Below, one piece after another: positions 13,145-25,704 of a stretch of 64,000 nt of DNA. The notes beneath the pieces were generated by a model. The model was not told the DNA's origin. It worked only from the letters and a program-made list of their open reading frames with translations, and made no database searches. Every line of letters starts with the position of its first letter. Position 1 is the stretch's first letter. This stretch comes from Sphaerodactylus townsendi (Eukaryota): the NCBI RefSeq assembly GCF_021028975.2, contig NC_059433.1, positions 28,520,001-28,584,000 on the forward strand, read 5' to 3'. The translations under genes were made by a program, and so were the position numbers.

Positions 13145-13612
13145 TGTAGGGGTGAGCCCGCGAACCCCGCAGAACCGTAGAAAGAGCGCCTGGCATGCCG
13201 GTGCCGGCTACGGCCTTCCGGGCGCACACGCTCCCCCAACCCCCGTTCCCCCGTGAGTCATGGGTCATGAACTACCCGACTCAGTATCACCAGGTGTCCC
13301 ATACAAAGGGACAAAAGGGGCCTTTGCCCTCAGGTGAGGATTAGGCCCAGACAAGGATGCTTCCTCCCGCACGTAGCAGCCCGATGAGATCATGGATCAC
13401 ATGATGATCTCCCACTCTCCCGACCTCCCGCTCTCCCGCCTGCCCGACCCCTTTACACGCCCCCATTGAAACCCTAATAAAAGGTGTGAGGGGCGAGCGC
13501 ACGGCAGAGTTGCCAGGATCACGGGATCCCGCACTTCCTGCTGCTGGCTCTCTCCACCAGATGAAATCTCCGCGTCTCGTCTCTTCATTGGGGACACGTG
13601 GGCAAGACTACA
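13145..13612. mobile_element. Solo LTR of an endogenous retrovirus
   Basis: Ends TGTAG...CTACA, 6-bp target duplication cccaag at 13139-13144 and 13613-13618, internal aataaaag at about 13476, CpG-rich. Confidence 0.85.
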
Positions 13613-14194
13613 CCCAAGTTCTCAGTTGTAACAGAAAGAGATCTCCAGGTTCCCATGGAGGCTGGTGACGCTAGTTTAAGTCCCCAATCCGGTTTCAAGG
13701 TCACAGGGCAACGTCTCAGTTTACAGGGTTACTGTGGACACATAACAGGGAGACGTAGGTAATCTTTAGAATTTTACTAACCCCCGAAAAGGGGGATTGA
13801 AGAGGTGCGCAAAAAAAATTGGGAGCATTCAGATGCGGGTATACTTGATTAAAAAATTATTAAGGATTCCTAAATATTCCTGGATCCCCATATCAGTATG
13901 GATTTTGTTTTTGTTTTGGAATTTAAAAAAAAATTGGTTCCATTATACCCATTGGAGAATCTTTCCGGGTGTTCGCTGTGTGTTTTTGTTTTGTTTTGTT
14001 TTAGGTAGAGGCACAAAATTTTCAGAATAGCTTTTGGTGACTCTCCTTAGAAAAACCTCCAAGTTTGGTAAAGGTTGGGTGAGGGAGTCTAATTTTATGA
14101 GCCTCAAAGAGGATGCCCTATACATCCTCTATTGTTTCCAATTGAGGAAAAATGGAGGTCCATAAAATTGGACTACCAATCTTGATCCTCCTTG

Positions 14195-14368
14195 TTCTGG
14201 GGTTGCAAATGCCTTAGCAGACCAGATGCTTGGGAGCAGCAGCTGCAGCAAATGGCCATTGCTTTCACCTCCTGCATGTGAGCTCCCAAAGGCACCTGGT
14301 GGGCCACTGCGAGTAGCAGAGTGCTGGACTCTGGTCTGATCCAGCAGGCTTTTTCTTGTGTTCTTATG
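14195..14368 (+). mobile_element. CR1 LINE 3' end
   Basis: Ends ggtctgatccagcaggctttttcttgtgttcttatg, a typical reptile CR1 3' terminus. Confidence 0.65.
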
Positions 14369-15748
14369 ATATAACGGAAGCTCCTTTGGCGTGCAAACTC
14401 TAGTTCTGTCGATGGGAGTCTAAATGCTTAATCGTGATTCTGTTTTCAAGAAAGGAAATCTTGTCAACGTGAAGTCTCATTGTCGAAACGTCCAGGGGCA
14501 TGACGGGCTTCTGGAAATGAAGTCTTTTTTAAAAAAAATGAATTCTGATTCAGATTTTTACACTGGAACCACCCTTGGAAATTGTTTTCTTGGAGAATGG
14601 TGATATCAACAACCAACTGGGTGTCGCTAAAGATTGGTCTCCAGCTGGCTTCTGAAAATTGCAATCATGTTGTCAGACTGAATTTTTATAAATGTAGGGA
14701 CAGAAGGACTTGCCCTGTGTGGAGACGGAAGAGTATTGTTGGCACACGTCACGTTGGTGGGAAGGGACAGTGGCTCAGTGGCAGAGCATCCGAGGTCACA
14801 GGCCCAGTCCCTGGAAGCTCCAGCTCAGAACAAGGACCAGGTGTGAAGGGACGGCTTCCATCTGGGATGCTGGAGGGCCACGGCCAGTCCAAATAGTCAA
14901 GACTGGGCTTGATGAACTGATGGTCGGAATCATGTGGATGAGTCCAAAATGGCACAACCGATGTTAATAGATCCTATAATAGTACTGGCCTGAGTGGATA
15001 TGGGGACAGTTTGATGCCTTGGAGCATTTCAGGGTATGGGACTCTGTTAGGTGGAGTATTGTCATGGTGGGTGGGTGTGTTTCTTGCCAGGAATTAAATG
15101 AAAATGAAGAGGACAAATAAAAGCAGCACTGTGACAGTTAAGCGGCTGATCAACCAGATTCTCTGTGGCTGGGAATGAGGCAGGACAACGGGGCGTTGGT
15201 GCTAAAATAGAGGCAAAATAACCTTAACAAAGATCTAGGATCTTCCCATGCGTTATGTGGTGTGTTTCTCTCTTAGCTGTTTTGATCCAAGAGTCTCTCT
15301 AAGCTTATGGTGTTGCAGAGAGTGCTTCTCTAGTTTGGCAAATCGGGGGCCCCAGTGGTAATGCAATCGGACTGGGTATCTCTGTTCCTACCTCTGCCTC
15401 TGCCAATTCATTTCCCATTCTACTGCAGCTGGCTCCAAAATGGCATTTCATGAACCGTGGGAGACTGGGAAAGACAGGCTGTGATACAGACGCAGGCCCG
15501 CAAAACAAAGGCAATAAGGCAGAGTGTCCTGGCCGAGGCTTGTGCAGACGGTCTTCCAGCAATTCTCTTGTTAGAAACGTGTTACTGGCCACCCAGTGAA
15601 ACTGTGGCTGGGCTACAGTTTAAACAAACCCAGAACATTCCAGTTTGCCTGTGAACTACAATATCTTTCGGGGTGGTGAAAGAGTGTGGATTTTTGTGAT
15701 ATTTGTCAATTGCACACCTGTGCCACGAGGAGTCTTTACTGAGTAGCA

Positions 15749-15762
15749 CCAGCAGAGGGCAG
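15749..15762 (+). promoter_or_regulatory. CTCF motif
   Basis: ccagcagagggcag matches the CTCF core. Confidence 0.55.
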
Positions 15763-15921
15763 TATCACACATGAAAACCAACAACTGGAATACATCTTCA
15801 CAAACACAATAAACAGTCAGCAGGTGTGTTTATTAAAATATTGCAATGTAGCTGTGGTGGCCTGCCCTGTCAGGTCAGCCAGGCAGATATATTTCTTGGA
15901 GAAGACGGTCATCAGTTTACA

Positions 15922-16331
15922 GCAGTGGTGGCGAACCTTTGGCACGCCAGATGTTATGGACTACAATTCCCATCAGCCCCTGCCAGCATGGCCAATTGAA
16001 ACGGAAAAAGCTGGAAAAGAACCCCCCACCCCCATTTTTCCAAGAGCAGAGTCAAGAGACCCCCACCCCAACTGCTCCTCTACCTGCTCTCCCAGCTGCT
16101 TTTTATAGTTGGTGGGGTCGGAGCCGTGCCCAGTCAGCCACCGACAGCAGGACTTCCTTCCCAGTCTGGTCAGGTAAAGTGGCTCTGCCTGGAGTGTCCC
16201 TCTGTGATTATGCAACCTTCTCTTGTTCCTATAAACCCGTGGTGGCGAACTTTTGGCACTCCAGATGTTATGGGCTACAATTCCCATCAGCCCCTTCCAG
16301 CATGGCCAATGGCCATGCTGGAGTGCCAAAA
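15922..16331. mobile_element. Two copies of a short hAT-derived MITE (about 15922-15996 and 16237-16331); a related copy lies at about 41012-41080
   Basis: Repeated gtggtggcgaacc(t)ttggcac-ccagatgttatggactacaattcccatcagcccc motif. Confidence 0.65.
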
Positions 16332-17231
16332 GCCAATAAACAATGTAATTGCTCGACTGACACATTTAAACATGGCATTATTAAAAAGATTTATGTTGTT
16401 TCTCGTAGTAAGCAGAACCTAAACCCCAGAAGCAGCCCAATTTCAAATGTCCACGAGTAATTTAATATACATAATAACTAACAGCTGATCAAAATGCCAA
16501 ACACCAGGAATAAAAACCCAGGCTCAAAAACTACCGAAAACATTCTTAACATAAGTCCCAAAGTTGGAGAAAAATCCCATTTTTGAATAATGGTAAATTC
16601 CCCTTGGGTTGACTCGGAATTAAGCTCAGCAATCAGAGCTTCCTTAGAAAAAAATCAGAAAAAAGCTCCCCCCCAGCCCTAATTTCAGAATTTGAAACTC
16701 AGCATTGTCCACATGACATCCTGCCTCCTCTAACCCCCCCCCCCCAAAAAAAAAGTATTTAAGATCTGGATTATGTTTTCAGGCAGAGAAAACCTGGGAA
16801 AGGGGTCATCTTGGAACACAGTTAAGCATCACATGCTACATAAATTCATATTTTGAACCAGCTAATGATTAATTTTGGCAGCATTACTAATCTTAACTGG
16901 CAGGTTTTTTTCGGGAAGCAGCAGGAACTTTAATTTATTGCATTTTAATTTCACAAAAATAGCAATCTGTGTACTTTTCATGTCACCAGCTTGGGAACAG
17001 GGAGAAGACAGGCATGTATTAGTTGAGATTTCAGATGACTGCAAAAGCGATTTTCTTTAACTACCAATTGCAAAATGCCCACACTTAAGGACAGCAAGTA
17101 TACCTGTCAAAATTAAATATTCAGATTATAAAGAGCTTATACCTTTTTATGACTCTTGTATCCTCATGGGATATAGAGATTGAAATACTCAGGAAGCCAT
17201 AAGCATCCGTAAGTCCCACTGGCTCCAACAG

Positions 17232-17430
17232 AACGTAAGAATATAAAAACATAAGAAGAGCCCTGCTATATCAGACAAGTGGTACATCAATCCAGCATCC
17301 TGTCACGCACAGCAACCAACCAGTTACTTTAATGGGCCGACAATGCATAGAAGCCTAGGCCTCCCCGATGTTGCTCCTGACACTGGGATTCACAGGTTGA
17401 CTCCTCATGGTTAGCAACCATTGATAGACT
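17232..17430 (-). mobile_element. CR1 LINE 3' end
   Basis: aacataagaagagccctgc...tcagac is the reverse complement of a CR1 terminus. Confidence 0.6.
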
Positions 17431-19465
17431 TTTCCTAAACAATAAATGGCTAAGGGAATGGAATGTTGCAAGGATGAACCTCCCTCATTGGTGGGTGACA
17501 TTCCATTCCTTCCCCAAAGCAGCAGCGCCTTGTTGCCTCCTCCCCCCAGAAGCCTTCCTGCCTCTCTACCTGGCCCAAGGGGGCCCACAGAAGCCCTCCC
17601 GCCTCCCTCCCTCCCTCCCTCCCACTTCCACCAGCCAGCCCAGGTCCGTGGGGCCAGCAGAAGCCCTCCCGCCTCCCTCCCCCACCTGCCAGTCCTCACC
17701 CCAATCTGAGTTGTGAGCTGCCTGCAAATTCAAATGAAATTCACCCCAATATAGTGTATAACCAACTCAACAAAGCAGATCCACTGGGGGGGGGGGGGGA
17801 GGAACCAAGATGCATTGACTTTTGATGTTGAAAAAATAGTTGTATTAACTGATTCTCAAACCACTTACATTTTGCATTACAACAGATCACTATCTCTTCC
17901 CACTTCAAGCAAAAAATGGAAACCAAACTGTAAAGGGGGGGGGGGAGTGCAATTATCTCTGGTGACTCAATATGTGGTGATTGGAAATTATATCACCTTT
18001 GGTTTCCATAATTAGAAACATGCTTCATGCTCACCAGAACCAATGCAGTGACCTTAAAACAGTAGAAGCAGGATTTCTGACCCATAGTTCATCATTAAAT
18101 CTGATAATGCACACGCAGCTCTTGTTCCCATTCACTTCAGTGGAAGGAATCATCCTGAAACATATTTTTTGCACCCAAGAAACAATCATCCCAATGGAGA
18201 CCAGGTAAGCTCCAGGGGGCATAGGAAGCTCACCACCAATGAGGAACCACTGGATTGGGGACATGGTCTTTCTTTTGCTTCAACACACCTTTTTGATCTG
18301 CCATCGTTTGCTTGCAGTGGAGGGATTCCTTTTAAACGAGATGGGTCAGAAGTATTCAATCCCCATCCCCCCGAACTTGTACGGAGGTGAAATAAGCAGC
18401 AATGTTTCAACAGCCATGCCCCAAACACTTTTTGGCATGGATTTATGAACACTTTCAGTGTGGTACCCAAATCCAAAGAGAGCAATTTTTAAAATCCAAT
18501 GGGTATTACAGCCAATACAGGTTTTCCTTTCACATTCCAATTTTAAAAAATAGTTTAAACATCACATCACTGAGTCTTCGCCCTCAGCCCCGGCCTACCC
18601 AAACCCAGCAGAAGTAATCACACGCATATATTTACAGTATTTGTATCATAATTCCATTCAACTGAATCTGTGACTGGAATGCCGTCGATACTGATGTCCT
18701 GGCATCTGAACCCAATGCTGCCCGTAAGCCTTTTAAACTATTCAGCCCGTCCATTCTTCCTAAACCAAGCAGAAAATGGGGAGACCCCGATCTGCAAACT
18801 AGAAATCCTTTGCTACGGAAGTGTCCTGAGAGAACCTGCTGCAAAGAACCAGGGAACATGCAACTTGATGCTAAACAAATGCTGCCCCCACTGTTTCCAA
18901 AATACAGCCGGAAATATAGCCGGTCGGTTGCCAGCATTCACAGCTGCCCTGTCTCTAACTTCTGCATCATGTTGTGCTAAGCGGGAGAGGGTTGGGGGGG
19001 AACAGGGCGGAAACAGGTCGGGGAGGGCCGCTGTGGCAGAACATCCAACACACAATGACTCTTCGATGTTGCCCCAATACAGATATTCGCAAGGACGGAC
19101 AGCACAGGGTTCTGCTGACATCCATCAGCTGCAGCGATAAGGGTTTTCTAAACTGTCTGCAAAAAAAGACATGGACCCAAACACATGCAACACACCTTGG
19201 GGACAATCATTTCCCACCCACCCACAAAAGCAGGGGGCAAACAGAGACCCGCTCGTTTGCCATTTGCTTAAGCCACTTCGAGGGGTGGTTAAACTCGGAT
19301 CCGACACGCATTCACCCAGTGGGGCGGACTCCAACCCCGCCAAAACGAGAGACCGAATCCAACCCACCTTCGCCACAACTGCAGCCGGATCCCGATTTGC
19401 AGCATCCTTCGCTTGCATCAGCAGGTCGGACAGAGGAAAAAGGGGACAGCCCCGATTTTATTTAC

Positions 19466-19800
19466 CTGGCGACTGCTGATGAGGGGGCGGGGGGGAGAGG
19501 GACGATCAGGCGTGGTCAGCAACTGCAGTTGACCCTTGCCGAGGGGCGCGGGCGCATCTTCGCCACCCCATCTGCTGGCCTCGCCTTCCAACGTCTTACA
19601 GGCTGGAGAGAAGCTTTTGCCAAGGATGACGAGTGGGCGTGGGCCCGCCAGGCGAAGAGGCGATGGGTGCCTGGCAGTCGATCTTGCTTCTTGCCAGATA
19701 CGGGTGGGGGAAGAAAGATGCAGCAACGCCTTGCTTCGCCCGGCTGCCGTCTAGATTGACGCCTCCGTCCGCTAAATCCAAACCCCGCCGCCAGGGGGCG
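19466..19800 (-). other. KIAA0319: Probable non-coding exon 1 (5'UTR) of KIAA0319; 5' end approximate
   Basis: Lies within a CpG island; minus-strand donor GCCAG|gtaaat at 19466/19465. Confidence 0.6.
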
Positions 19801-19803
19801 CTG
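19788..19803 (+). promoter_or_regulatory. CTCF motif
   Basis: ccgccagggggcgctg is a near-perfect CTCF core. Confidence 0.7.
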
Positions 19804-20529
19804 GCCGAGCATCGCCCACTCCCTCCCTCAGAGGAGTAATTCGGGAATGCAAGAGGCGGCCCGGGGTGAGGCTGTTAAGCGAAATAAGCGCCCGCTTAGG
19901 ACCTCAAATAAAGACGGTCCCATAGGTTCCCCTCCCCCCTCCCTTATCTCTGCTAAGTATTGAAGCAGATTTGTTAAGTGCGATTAATTTTGAGAGTAGG
20001 ATCAAAGACTTTGCAATTAAAAAATGCAGGAGAAACTTTTTGCCGTCTAGATAAAGTTAGAAGTAGGCAACAGTAAATATTATTTTGCATCTTTGATTGA
20101 TGTAAAGTTAAAACGCTGCGTATCTTCAAGGCAAGAAAGCAATGGAATAACAGGTGTTTTGGGTGTATACAATAATATTTATTCATTAGAATATATATCT
20201 GATTATAGTACCTCCCATAGAGTGTGTATATATATAAATATACATTACAGTTTACTATTGTTTTTGTTTTGAATTACATAGTGTTCAGGGCGTCTCAAGG
20301 GCTTAATCTGGCCCTGCCAAAAGGAAAAACTGAGGCCGGGGGAAGGGAAGAAGAAGCCTTTAAGGACTGGCTGCAAAAAGAATGGGAAAGCTAGAAAGTG
20401 TCACACTGGGTCACTGAAGTCAATGTGGTTTAGAAGGGTGTGAGGCTGTTTAGGATGAGAAGATCATTATGAGACTTATTTAACTGAGATTTGTTTCACA
20501 TTCAGTCATTTTAACAACTGTTTGTATTG

Positions 20530-21075
20530 ACATGTGGTATGGTTTAGAGCATGTTTTAGCTATGTGTGCACTCATGCCATCTGCTGTTCTGGAAGGCAGA
20601 TATAAGGTCCCTCATGCAGTAAGATTATGTTCTTGTGCTACAGGAGAAGTTGAGACTATGGGCCATGTATTCTTTCACTGCCTTTTTTATAAGGAGTTAC
20701 GGGCAAAGTCTGTTCTCCTCCTTGACAAAGTTCCAGCTTGTTCAGGTAAGGATTGTTTAGAAACACTGTTAGCTTATAAAAATCCTAATACCTCGAGGTG
20801 TGTGGCAAATGTCTGTGCCCATGTAATTAAAACTTGGGACAAGCTTGATCACCAAGCATTTTAAATCTCAATGTTATGATCATCTAAGAAATGTTTTTGG
20901 CCCTAATTAGTCTTACCTTTTATCGTTTATTGGTTAATGATATTTACCTTTTTTATAGTAAATTAAAAATGGTTAACAATTTTAGAGTTTCCTTGGAATG
21001 TCCTCGCTCTATTTTATTATTCTGGAACTTGTGTTGTTTTCTTCCATGCTTTACTGTTGGTCTATGAGCCCCTTG
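20530..21075 (+). mobile_element. LINE ORF2 3' fragment (CCHC zinc knuckle) plus 3'UTR
   Basis: RLCSCATGEVETMGHVFFHCLFYKELR is the C-terminal CCHC motif of a non-LTR retrotransposon. Confidence 0.65.
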
Positions 21076-21631
21076 GGGATTGGGCGGTCTATAAATTTAA
21101 ATAATAATAAATAAATAATAATAAATAAATAAAACTTACTTACTAAATAAATAAATAATAAAATATGACTAACTAAATAAGTCTGTAAAGAATGGAGTGT
21201 TTGGGGTGTTGGAATGTCCTCGCTCTATTTTATTATTCTGGAACTTGTGTTGTTTTCTTCCATGCTTTACTGTTGGTCTATGAGCCCCTTGGGGATTGGG
21301 CGGTCTATAAATTTAAATAATAATAAATAAATAAATAAAACTTACTTACTAAATAAGTAAATAATAAAATATGACTAACTAAATAAGTCTGTAAAGAATG
21401 GAGTGTTTGGGGTGTTGGAATGTCCTCGCTCTATTTTATTATTCTGGAACTTGTGTTGTTTTCTTCCATGCTTTACTGTTGGTCTATGAGCCCTTTGGGG
21501 ATTGGGCGGTCTATAAATTTAAATAATAAATAAATAATACTAAATAAATAAATAAAACTTACTTACTAAATAAATAAATAATAAAATGTGACTAACTAAA
21601 TAAGTCTGTAAAGAATTGAGTGTTTGGGGTG
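20993..21631. repeat. Tandem triplication of a ~210-bp unit
   Basis: Units start with ttggaatgtcctcg at 20993, 21209 and 21415 (216, 206, 217 bp) and differ mainly in the aata tracts. Confidence 0.92.
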
Positions 21632-21875
21632 TTGTGTGGTTTCTGGGTTGTATGGCCATATTCTAGTAGCATTTTCTCCTGACGTTTCAGCTGCATCTGT
21701 GGCTGGCATCTTCAGAGATGGCATTTTCAGAGATCTGAAGAGATGGCTGAGATCTGAAGATGCCAACCACAGATGCAGGCGAAACGTCAGGAGAAAATGC
21801 TACTAGAACACGGCCATACAGCCCGGAAACCACATAACACCCCAGTGATTCCAGCTGTGAAAGCCTTCAACAATA
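21625..21875. mobile_element. Penelope-like fold-back remnant with hammerhead core
   Basis: Inverted arms homologous to 3835-4042; CTGAAGA-TGCC...GGC-GAAAC-GTC at 21754-21788. Confidence 0.75.
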
Positions 21876-22554
21876 GATGGGGTGTTTATTTGTTTGAGGA
21901 TATGCACTTAGACTAATCCACTACAGTGACTTTCCAAAGATCACAGTCAGCATAACTGACAAACTCCTCCATTATTTTTGCAAGTGTGATGTGTTATGAG
22001 GAAATATATAAGGGACAGAGAAAGTACTTGTATACATAGACCAGGAGTATCTCCAAGACTATTAGCCAAAGGGCAAGAATATAGCACTGACCAGTGAACT
22101 AAGGACAGAATGTACTGCAGCTTTAGCCTTGTCCAGATTATATTCAACCAACTCTGGCCAGACAGACAGAGATAACTGCAAGATCAGGAGTCTAAGGCCA
22201 TTTCACGGAAGAGAAAGTTACCTAGATAAGAATAGTATAATGTCTTTCCAAATCCTCGTATGGTTTTATGAAGCAGCTGTTCAACAGGAAGATGGAAGTG
22301 ACTTTTCCCTAAACTGCATAGATGGAAGTGACTTCTCCCTAATACATTGAGATATTACTGAAAGGCTGCAATGAATTCAAGGTTAAGAGAAATAGATAAT
22401 TAATGAGTACTATCATGACACAACAACCTTTCATGCTGGAGTAAGCAACTACACTGTTCCACCAGGCCTTTGGAGTGTCTAGCCGCTGATGATGTGGTGC
22501 CCCCTCTGTGCTCTCTGCTCTTTGCACTGTTTACATCAGGGAAACCCTCACATT

Positions 22555-22797
22555 GAGGGGCCCGCCGTTCCTCCTTTTTGGGGAAGGTTTTAAATGTGGG
22601 TCTTTCTGGACGCCTCTTATTTAATTATATTAACCGCTGTTTTATATGGAGTTTTAGTAAGTTTTATTGATTATTAATTGGATGGAGCTTATGTTATTTG
22701 TTTACTGTGTTTTGTATGATTTGCTCCTTTATTCAATATTGTATGAATTTTATGCTGTACACTGCCCAGAGCCCTTCGGGGATGGGGCGGTATAGAA

Positions 22798-22842
<45 letters not shown>
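22555..22842 (+). mobile_element. L2-type LINE 3' end with (AATC)n tail
   Basis: gcccagagcccttcggggatggggcggtatagaaat followed by about 10 AATC units. Confidence 0.6.
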
Positions 22843-22843
<1 letters not shown>

Positions 22844-24026
22844 AGCACATATGCAAAGTAAGTAGTATTACTATCTCCACTAAGCAAAGATAGGAAGAGT
22901 TCAGGATTCCTTGCAAGCACGTTATGGCTGAAGTGATGAGAATGCAGTTAGGAAAACTACAGCCTTACTGTGACAAGTCTTCCCTATAAGCTGAGGGGAC
23001 CCACACAGGCTCTCATGATTTTGGGGAACCAGATTTGTTTTACACTGTAACCCTTCCCCTGAGTTACACAATGTTCTTTGGGTTTGCTGTAAAGGCTTTG
23101 AGTTTGCTGCGGTGAAGTAACTTTTGTGGTGAGTGAGAAGAACACGGAGATCGCTGAAGCAGAGTTGTACGTAATGAAAATTTATTTACGTGTTGTTTTT
23201 AAAGAACAGATCAGCAGTACACGTCTCCAGAGTCATTGGAGAAACCTGGCCAAAGCAAATAAGTTTAAGCTAATTACTTCAGACTTTGATATGAAACCTC
23301 TTTAGTGTTTGCAGGTACAAACAGGCTAGGTTGGAACCTTTCATACATACACACAGACAGGATTCCACCTACACCAGAATGCCAGTTTCCAAAAGTCAGA
23401 CAAAAAGGTTTGAGGTTTGCACATCACCAAAGGCGGCCAAACATCCAGGTGGCCTATCCTGTCCCAAAGGTTAAGTTAATCCACTCTGCCACACTTCAAA
23501 CTGTCCGCTCTCTTGCTATGGCAGACACGAATTATCTCTGCATTCACCGAGGCAGATCTGAACCAACTCCTGTTATACTTCCCTCCAACATTCTATCTCC
23601 AGCCTGAAAGGTGATTAGATGCTAAAGCCACACTGCTCAAGGTGAGTGGATGTTTTTTTTTCCTTCAGGGACTGGACAGCTAAACATGGGCAATCATATC
23701 TTACCCATAGGACTTCAGAAAAATCATGAGCACTGCCTTCTGCTTCCTGAGCTGCAAATCTTCAGTAAAAAAAAGAAGGGATAACGAGGGAGGAGGTTTC
23801 TGTCTCTTATTGGGTTTCATTATGTGATCAAGTCCATCAGAGGGTTGGTACGTTGACTCCAGGGGATTTGGGAAAGGTGGAACTCTGCTTAGGAATGCTA
23901 TCATAAATGTTCTTAGCCTGAATCAACAGGCTTTTTTCACTGACAGTTCAGCAATGCACCCAATAACTCTACACTCACCAGTTTATCAGCTAATAAAAGT
24001 AATTTAAAAGAAACTTACATTTGGCA

Positions 24027-24032
24027 TTTATT
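24027..24032 (-). terminator. Candidate TDP2 polyadenylation signal
   Basis: AATAAA on the minus strand about 340 nt after the stop codon. Confidence 0.45.
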
Positions 24033-24374
24033 CAGTACTCTGAACACTTATTTAAGACCCGCAGATTCACTTAATTATTCCATTTGAGGAGGATTGTATA
24101 AAACATACTAACTGGCTTTTACATTTTTACTGCATTCACAAGAATTGTAGACATTCACTTGAATGCACATAAACAGGAAGAAAGTAAGAATAGAAAGTAG
24201 AGTAACCTTTTTGCCCTTTTAAGTAAATATTCCAACAAATGTTGAAGGAGTACGCTCATAAGTATTCTAAACAAAATAAAAAATCCTAAAGTATAGAAAC
24301 TATGGTTAAAACCAAGAACAGTTAGAACAGTGTCTTCAGAAACCGACTTAAAACCGTCCTTCAAAGGGCTTCGC

Positions 24375-24656
24375 TTATAGTACCACATCAAAATTACACA
24401 ATAGACCCCAATGGTCACTAGGAAATTCTCCACAGTCTAGTTTCTCTAGCCCAATTAAATCCAAACTCTGGGGAATTATTTGCCCACCAGCAGAAGCCGC
24501 TCGAAGAAGCAGGCGATCAAATCGTAACTTGCACTTGTAAGGTGCGTTCAAGTTGGTGTTTTGGCTTGTATCCCATGTGTAGTGACAATGTTCTGGCTTG
24601 CCCAAAAACTCCCAGATGTCCAGAATGTTGCTAGGTAAACCACCAAGTTTAACAAC
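24375..24656 (-). CDS. TDP2: TDP2 exon 7 (last coding exon)
   Basis: ttccctcag|GTTGTT...TAA. Encodes VVKLGGLPSNILDIWEFLGKPEHCHYTWDT...RFDR...FPSDHWGLLCNFDVVL*, including the EEP-family SDH motif. Confidence 0.97.
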   Translation of the reverse strand, partial: VVKLGGLPSNILDIWEFLGKPEHCHYTWDTSQNTNLNAPYKCKLRFDRLLLRAASAGGQIIPQSLDLIGLEKLDCGEFPSDHWGLLCNFDVVL

Positions 24657-25533
24657 CTGAGGGAAATTAAAAAAAACACATCAATGATTATTTTTTAAAA
24701 ACAAACTGTCAACAGTAATAATAAATAATCAGCCCCAGGCCGAAGGCACGTTCTGTAGCAGCCTCACTGAAGCAAAGCAGTTGAGTCTAATCAGAGTCTC
24801 AGTGGCCTTTCAGAGACTTCTCTGCACATCACCTTCAACTGCGTGATAGAAAAAAGGATGGCTGTAAAAGTAAATGATAGACAGGATTTTTCTCACTTTC
24901 TTTTCAGGCTAGACTTCAAAGGTTCCCACAAGGTATCTTCTCAAGGTAGTGACCAAGTCTGCTTAGCATCAGACAGCTTACTAGGCCACATATGCTAATT
25001 CGAAAATTCCCATCACTCAGCAACCACCTTGAATGTAAAAACTATATGAGATAAAAAGCCATCGTTGCCATCGCACTGAACTCATCCCATTGAACTCCTC
25101 TGCACATGTGGTTAGGAGAAAGTCAGAGTGGTGTGAAGGGAAGAGTGCGAAGCTTCATGGGAAGCCTTGGGTGCAAATCTCCACTCATGAAAAACTAATT
25201 GGGTCAGTCATTTTTTCCAACCTACCTCACAGGATTGCTGTGTAACAAAATGGACAAGAAGAGATGCTACCTTGAGCTCCTTGGCAGAAAGGCAGGATAA
25301 AAACTTGCTAAATAGATATTACCTAACCCTGGATCTCAATATCTGGGGAAGAGGAATGGATTTCCCAACAGTTTACCTACCTCTCCAGGATTATTTATGG
25401 GATCTCAACTTTATTCAGTCTCTAATTCAGGGGAGGGGAATCTACTAGGCACAACTCTTCCCTTATAAGGCTTATAGGAATAAAAACAAAACAACATTTT
25501 GTCAAAACAAAGAAGCAATTTGTTGCAGTTCAC

Positions 25534-25704
25534 CTCTTGGTCTCTTAGATTGGTGTCTCCTCCAAATATCACAGTAGTGGAAGCTGGTATCTCACTAATT
25601 TTCTTCAACACCAGGTTCAGCTGCTTTAAACGCTCTCCAGTATGAGACTTTGTGCTCTCCAGATGAGAAGTCATAAAACAAACCTCACTGCCAGAAACTG
25701 TTGC
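25534..25704 (-). CDS. TDP2: TDP2 exon 6
   Basis: ctaaaag|GCAACA...CAAGAG|gtgaac. 171 nt with the MTSHLES and FGGDTNLRD motifs. Confidence 0.96.

Larger units (their letters stand above)
19230..19920. promoter_or_regulatory. CpG island / KIAA0319 promoter
   Basis: CpG-dense, GC-rich segment with GC boxes upstream of the KIAA0319 coding exons. Confidence 0.75.

Noticed and set aside
18974-19839. 261-aa and other ORFs at the KIAA0319 promoter
   Set aside because: GC-rich island, no recognisable domain, no supporting splice structure.
20993-21631. CRISPR-like or other regularly spaced array
   Set aside because: Whole units are duplicated with no unique spacers, and the context is a vertebrate genome.
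22969-23945. Possible second solo LTR (TGTGAC...TGACA, minus-strand AATAAA)
   Set aside because: No matching target-site duplication found, so the boundaries are unsupported.
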